From Octopus bimaculoides (lineage: Eukaryota): 37,375 nt of DNA. Within the stretch, counting starts at the first letter, position 1, and every line of letters starts with the position of its first letter. The stretch spans positions 46,469,903 to 46,507,277 of the forward strand of contig NC_068993.1 of the NCBI RefSeq assembly GCF_001194135.2, read 5' to 3'. The position numbers and the translations under genes are program-made. The notes under the pieces were generated by a model, which was given only the letters and a program-made list of their open reading frames with translations, did not search any database and had not been told where the DNA came from. Shown here in pieces: positions 35,399-37,375 of this stretch.

Positions 35399-35562
35399 CA
35401 TATATACGACGGGCTTCTTTCACTTTCCGTTAACAACTTCTACTCACAAGGCTTTGGTCGGCCCGAGGCTATAGTAGAAGACACTTGCCCAAGATGCCAC
35501 GCAGTAGGACTGAATCCGGAACCATGTGGCTGGTAAACAAGCTACTTACCACACAGCCACTC
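35160..35562 (-). mobile_element. SINE family 1, near full length with internal (TG)n
   Basis: Reverse complement of the consensus head and tail. Confidence 0.85.
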
Positions 35563-35847
35563 CTAGTGTTTGGCCCATAACACGCCATCAACTCTATACA
35601 ATGCAGAAAGTAAAATTTCATTAAATCGGTCGAGTGGATCTCGGGTTTTAACCACATGTCAATCACACACAGACATCCTGTGTTTTGTGTTTTATAGTCA
35701 CGATCATACAAAACACTTTTTTTGTATTTATTTTTACTCTCACACACACACACAAATGTAAAAGGGAGTACATTCGGATACAATACTTAAACCGGTTTGG
35801 GTATGTAAACACTTAATATATTGCATGATTAAAAAATATCCTAAAAT

Positions 35848-35950
35848 AAGGCTATAGTAGAAGACACTTGCCCAAAATGCCACGCAGTGGTACTGAACCC
35901 GGGACCATGTGGTTGGTAAGCAAGCTACTTACCACACAGCCACTCCTACG
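35848..35950 (-). mobile_element. SINE family 1, head fragment
   Basis: aggctatagtagaagacacttgccc...cttaccacacagccactcc, duplicating 35467-35562. Confidence 0.8.
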
Positions 35951-36463
35951 CCTATATATATGTGCGTGTGTGTGTGTGTGTGTGCTTTTGGATGTGTAAA
36001 AAAATAAAGATACAAGTGTGTGTAGGCACATGTGTATGGGTTTGTGTGTGTCTCTCTATGCGTCACTCTGTCTCTGTCTCTCTCTTTCTCACCCTATATA
36101 NNNNNNNNNNNNNNNNNNNNNNNNNNNNNNNNNNNNNNNNNNNNNNNNNNNNNNNNNNNNNNNNNNNNNNNNNNNNNNNNNNNNNNNNNNNNNNNNNNNN
36201 NNNNNNNNNNNNNNNNNNNNNNNNNNNNNNNNNNNNNNNNNNNNNNNNNNNNNNNNNNNNNNNNNNNNNNNNNNNNNNNNNNNNNNNNNNNNNNNNNNNN
36301 NNNNNNNNNNNNNNNNNNNNNNNNNNNNNNNNNNNNNNNNNNNNNNNNNNNNNNNNNNNNNNNNNNNNNNNNNNGGAGAATATACAAAAAATAAAAACAG
36401 ACGAGGACAGGTGGTGTAAATAACAAAAGTATATATTAGTATGACGCTCGGGAATACGGAAAG

Positions 36464-36500
36464 TCTTTGACGTTTCGAGCTACGCTCTTCAACAGAAAGA
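36464..36500 (-). ncRNA. Minimal hammerhead-like motif (A6U)
   Basis: TCTTT CTGTTGA A GAG cgtag CTC GAAA CG TC AAAGA. Confidence 0.55.
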
Positions 36501-36535
36501 ATACGGAGACAAGGAGAAAAACACGGAGAAAAAAA

Positions 36536-36568
<33 letters not shown>

Positions 36569-37044
36569 ATTTATTTATTTATGTGTTTCAGCCAAGTGGC
36601 TGCGGTCATGCTGGTGCACCATGACCTCTGCAGCTTAAATAAATAAATACAGGAAATATTAAATAATATGGGTCAATATACTCACACACTACCACAATAT
36701 ACTCACACACTACCACACACCTGCATGAACCGACACACATCCCACACTCTCTCCCTCTCAAGCACGCACGTACACACATGTAACCCACACAGACGCACAC
36801 AAACGAACGCACACACACGCGAACGCACATATACCTCTACACACACAACCCTCCAAACACCCATACACATGTGTGCTCACACACACATACACACTTCTAT
36901 TTTTAGTTTTTCACATACCCAAATGCACATACACACACATACTAGTGTGCAGGTACAGATAAAGCTCATGTCCTTGGCCATACAAACGCACCCACATACG
37001 CTCCCTCACACGTACATACACAAACACACACGCACTGTCATACC

Positions 37045-37084
37045 GGCCATGACGAAGGGAAATAGCCCTGAAACTCGAGTCGCC
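37045..37084 (+). ncRNA. Minimal hammerhead-like motif (one extra A in core)
   Basis: GGC C(A)TGACGA AGGG aaatag CCCT GAAA CTCGAG TC GCC: palindromic stem III and GUC triplet. Confidence 0.55.
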
Positions 37085-37375
37085 TTTATATATATATATT
37101 TATATTTATATATTTATATATTTGATCCTTTATATTGAACACTCAATATTTCATCTACATTCAATACTTTCTTTCATGGTGCCATCCATTTTTATTTTAT
37201 TTTATTTTATATTATATATTGTATATTATATTATATGTTGTATATTCCATATTCTATACCCCACATTAGTTCTGCAGGAATATAAATAAAACATAAAAAA
37301 CAGACAGTGTTGGAACTCTTTTAAGCAAAATAATATATTCCTCTATACACAATCATACAAAAAAATCCACCTTTT

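Overview
AT-rich, microsatellite- and transposon-dense eukaryotic genomic DNA with several N gaps. The repeat landscape suggests a cephalopod (Octopus-like) assembly; this is inference, not proof. Almost all long ORFs in the track are microsatellite or gap artefacts. (1) A five-exon minus-strand host gene was reconstructed by hand with canonical splice sites and matching phases (28571-28538, 9169-9034, 5455-5307, 2994-2871, 2115-1776; 783 nt, 260 aa). It encodes an unrecognised secreted protein with 10 mature cysteines, 7 N-glycosylation sequons, a repeat stalk and a probable GPI anchor. (2) Its 19.4-kb first intron holds an endogenous parvovirus/densovirus-like capsid gene on the opposite strand: VP1u phospholipase A2 (GYRFLGPG...HDLHY) plus VP2 jelly-roll motifs, disrupted by stops and a frameshift. 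No NS gene is visible. An intact 119-codon ORF with a transmembrane segment overlaps it in the +1 frame. (3) Six minimal hammerhead-ribozyme-like motifs of the Penelope type occur; two show compensatory 3-8 core pairs and two bracket the viral insert. (4) Decayed mobile elements: RLE-type (R4/Dong-like) LINEs at (TAA)n arrays, Tx1/L1-like LINEs, Penelope GIY-YIG, Gypsy RT, a full-length dead mariner, a mariner-type MITE family and at least three tRNA-derived SINE families.
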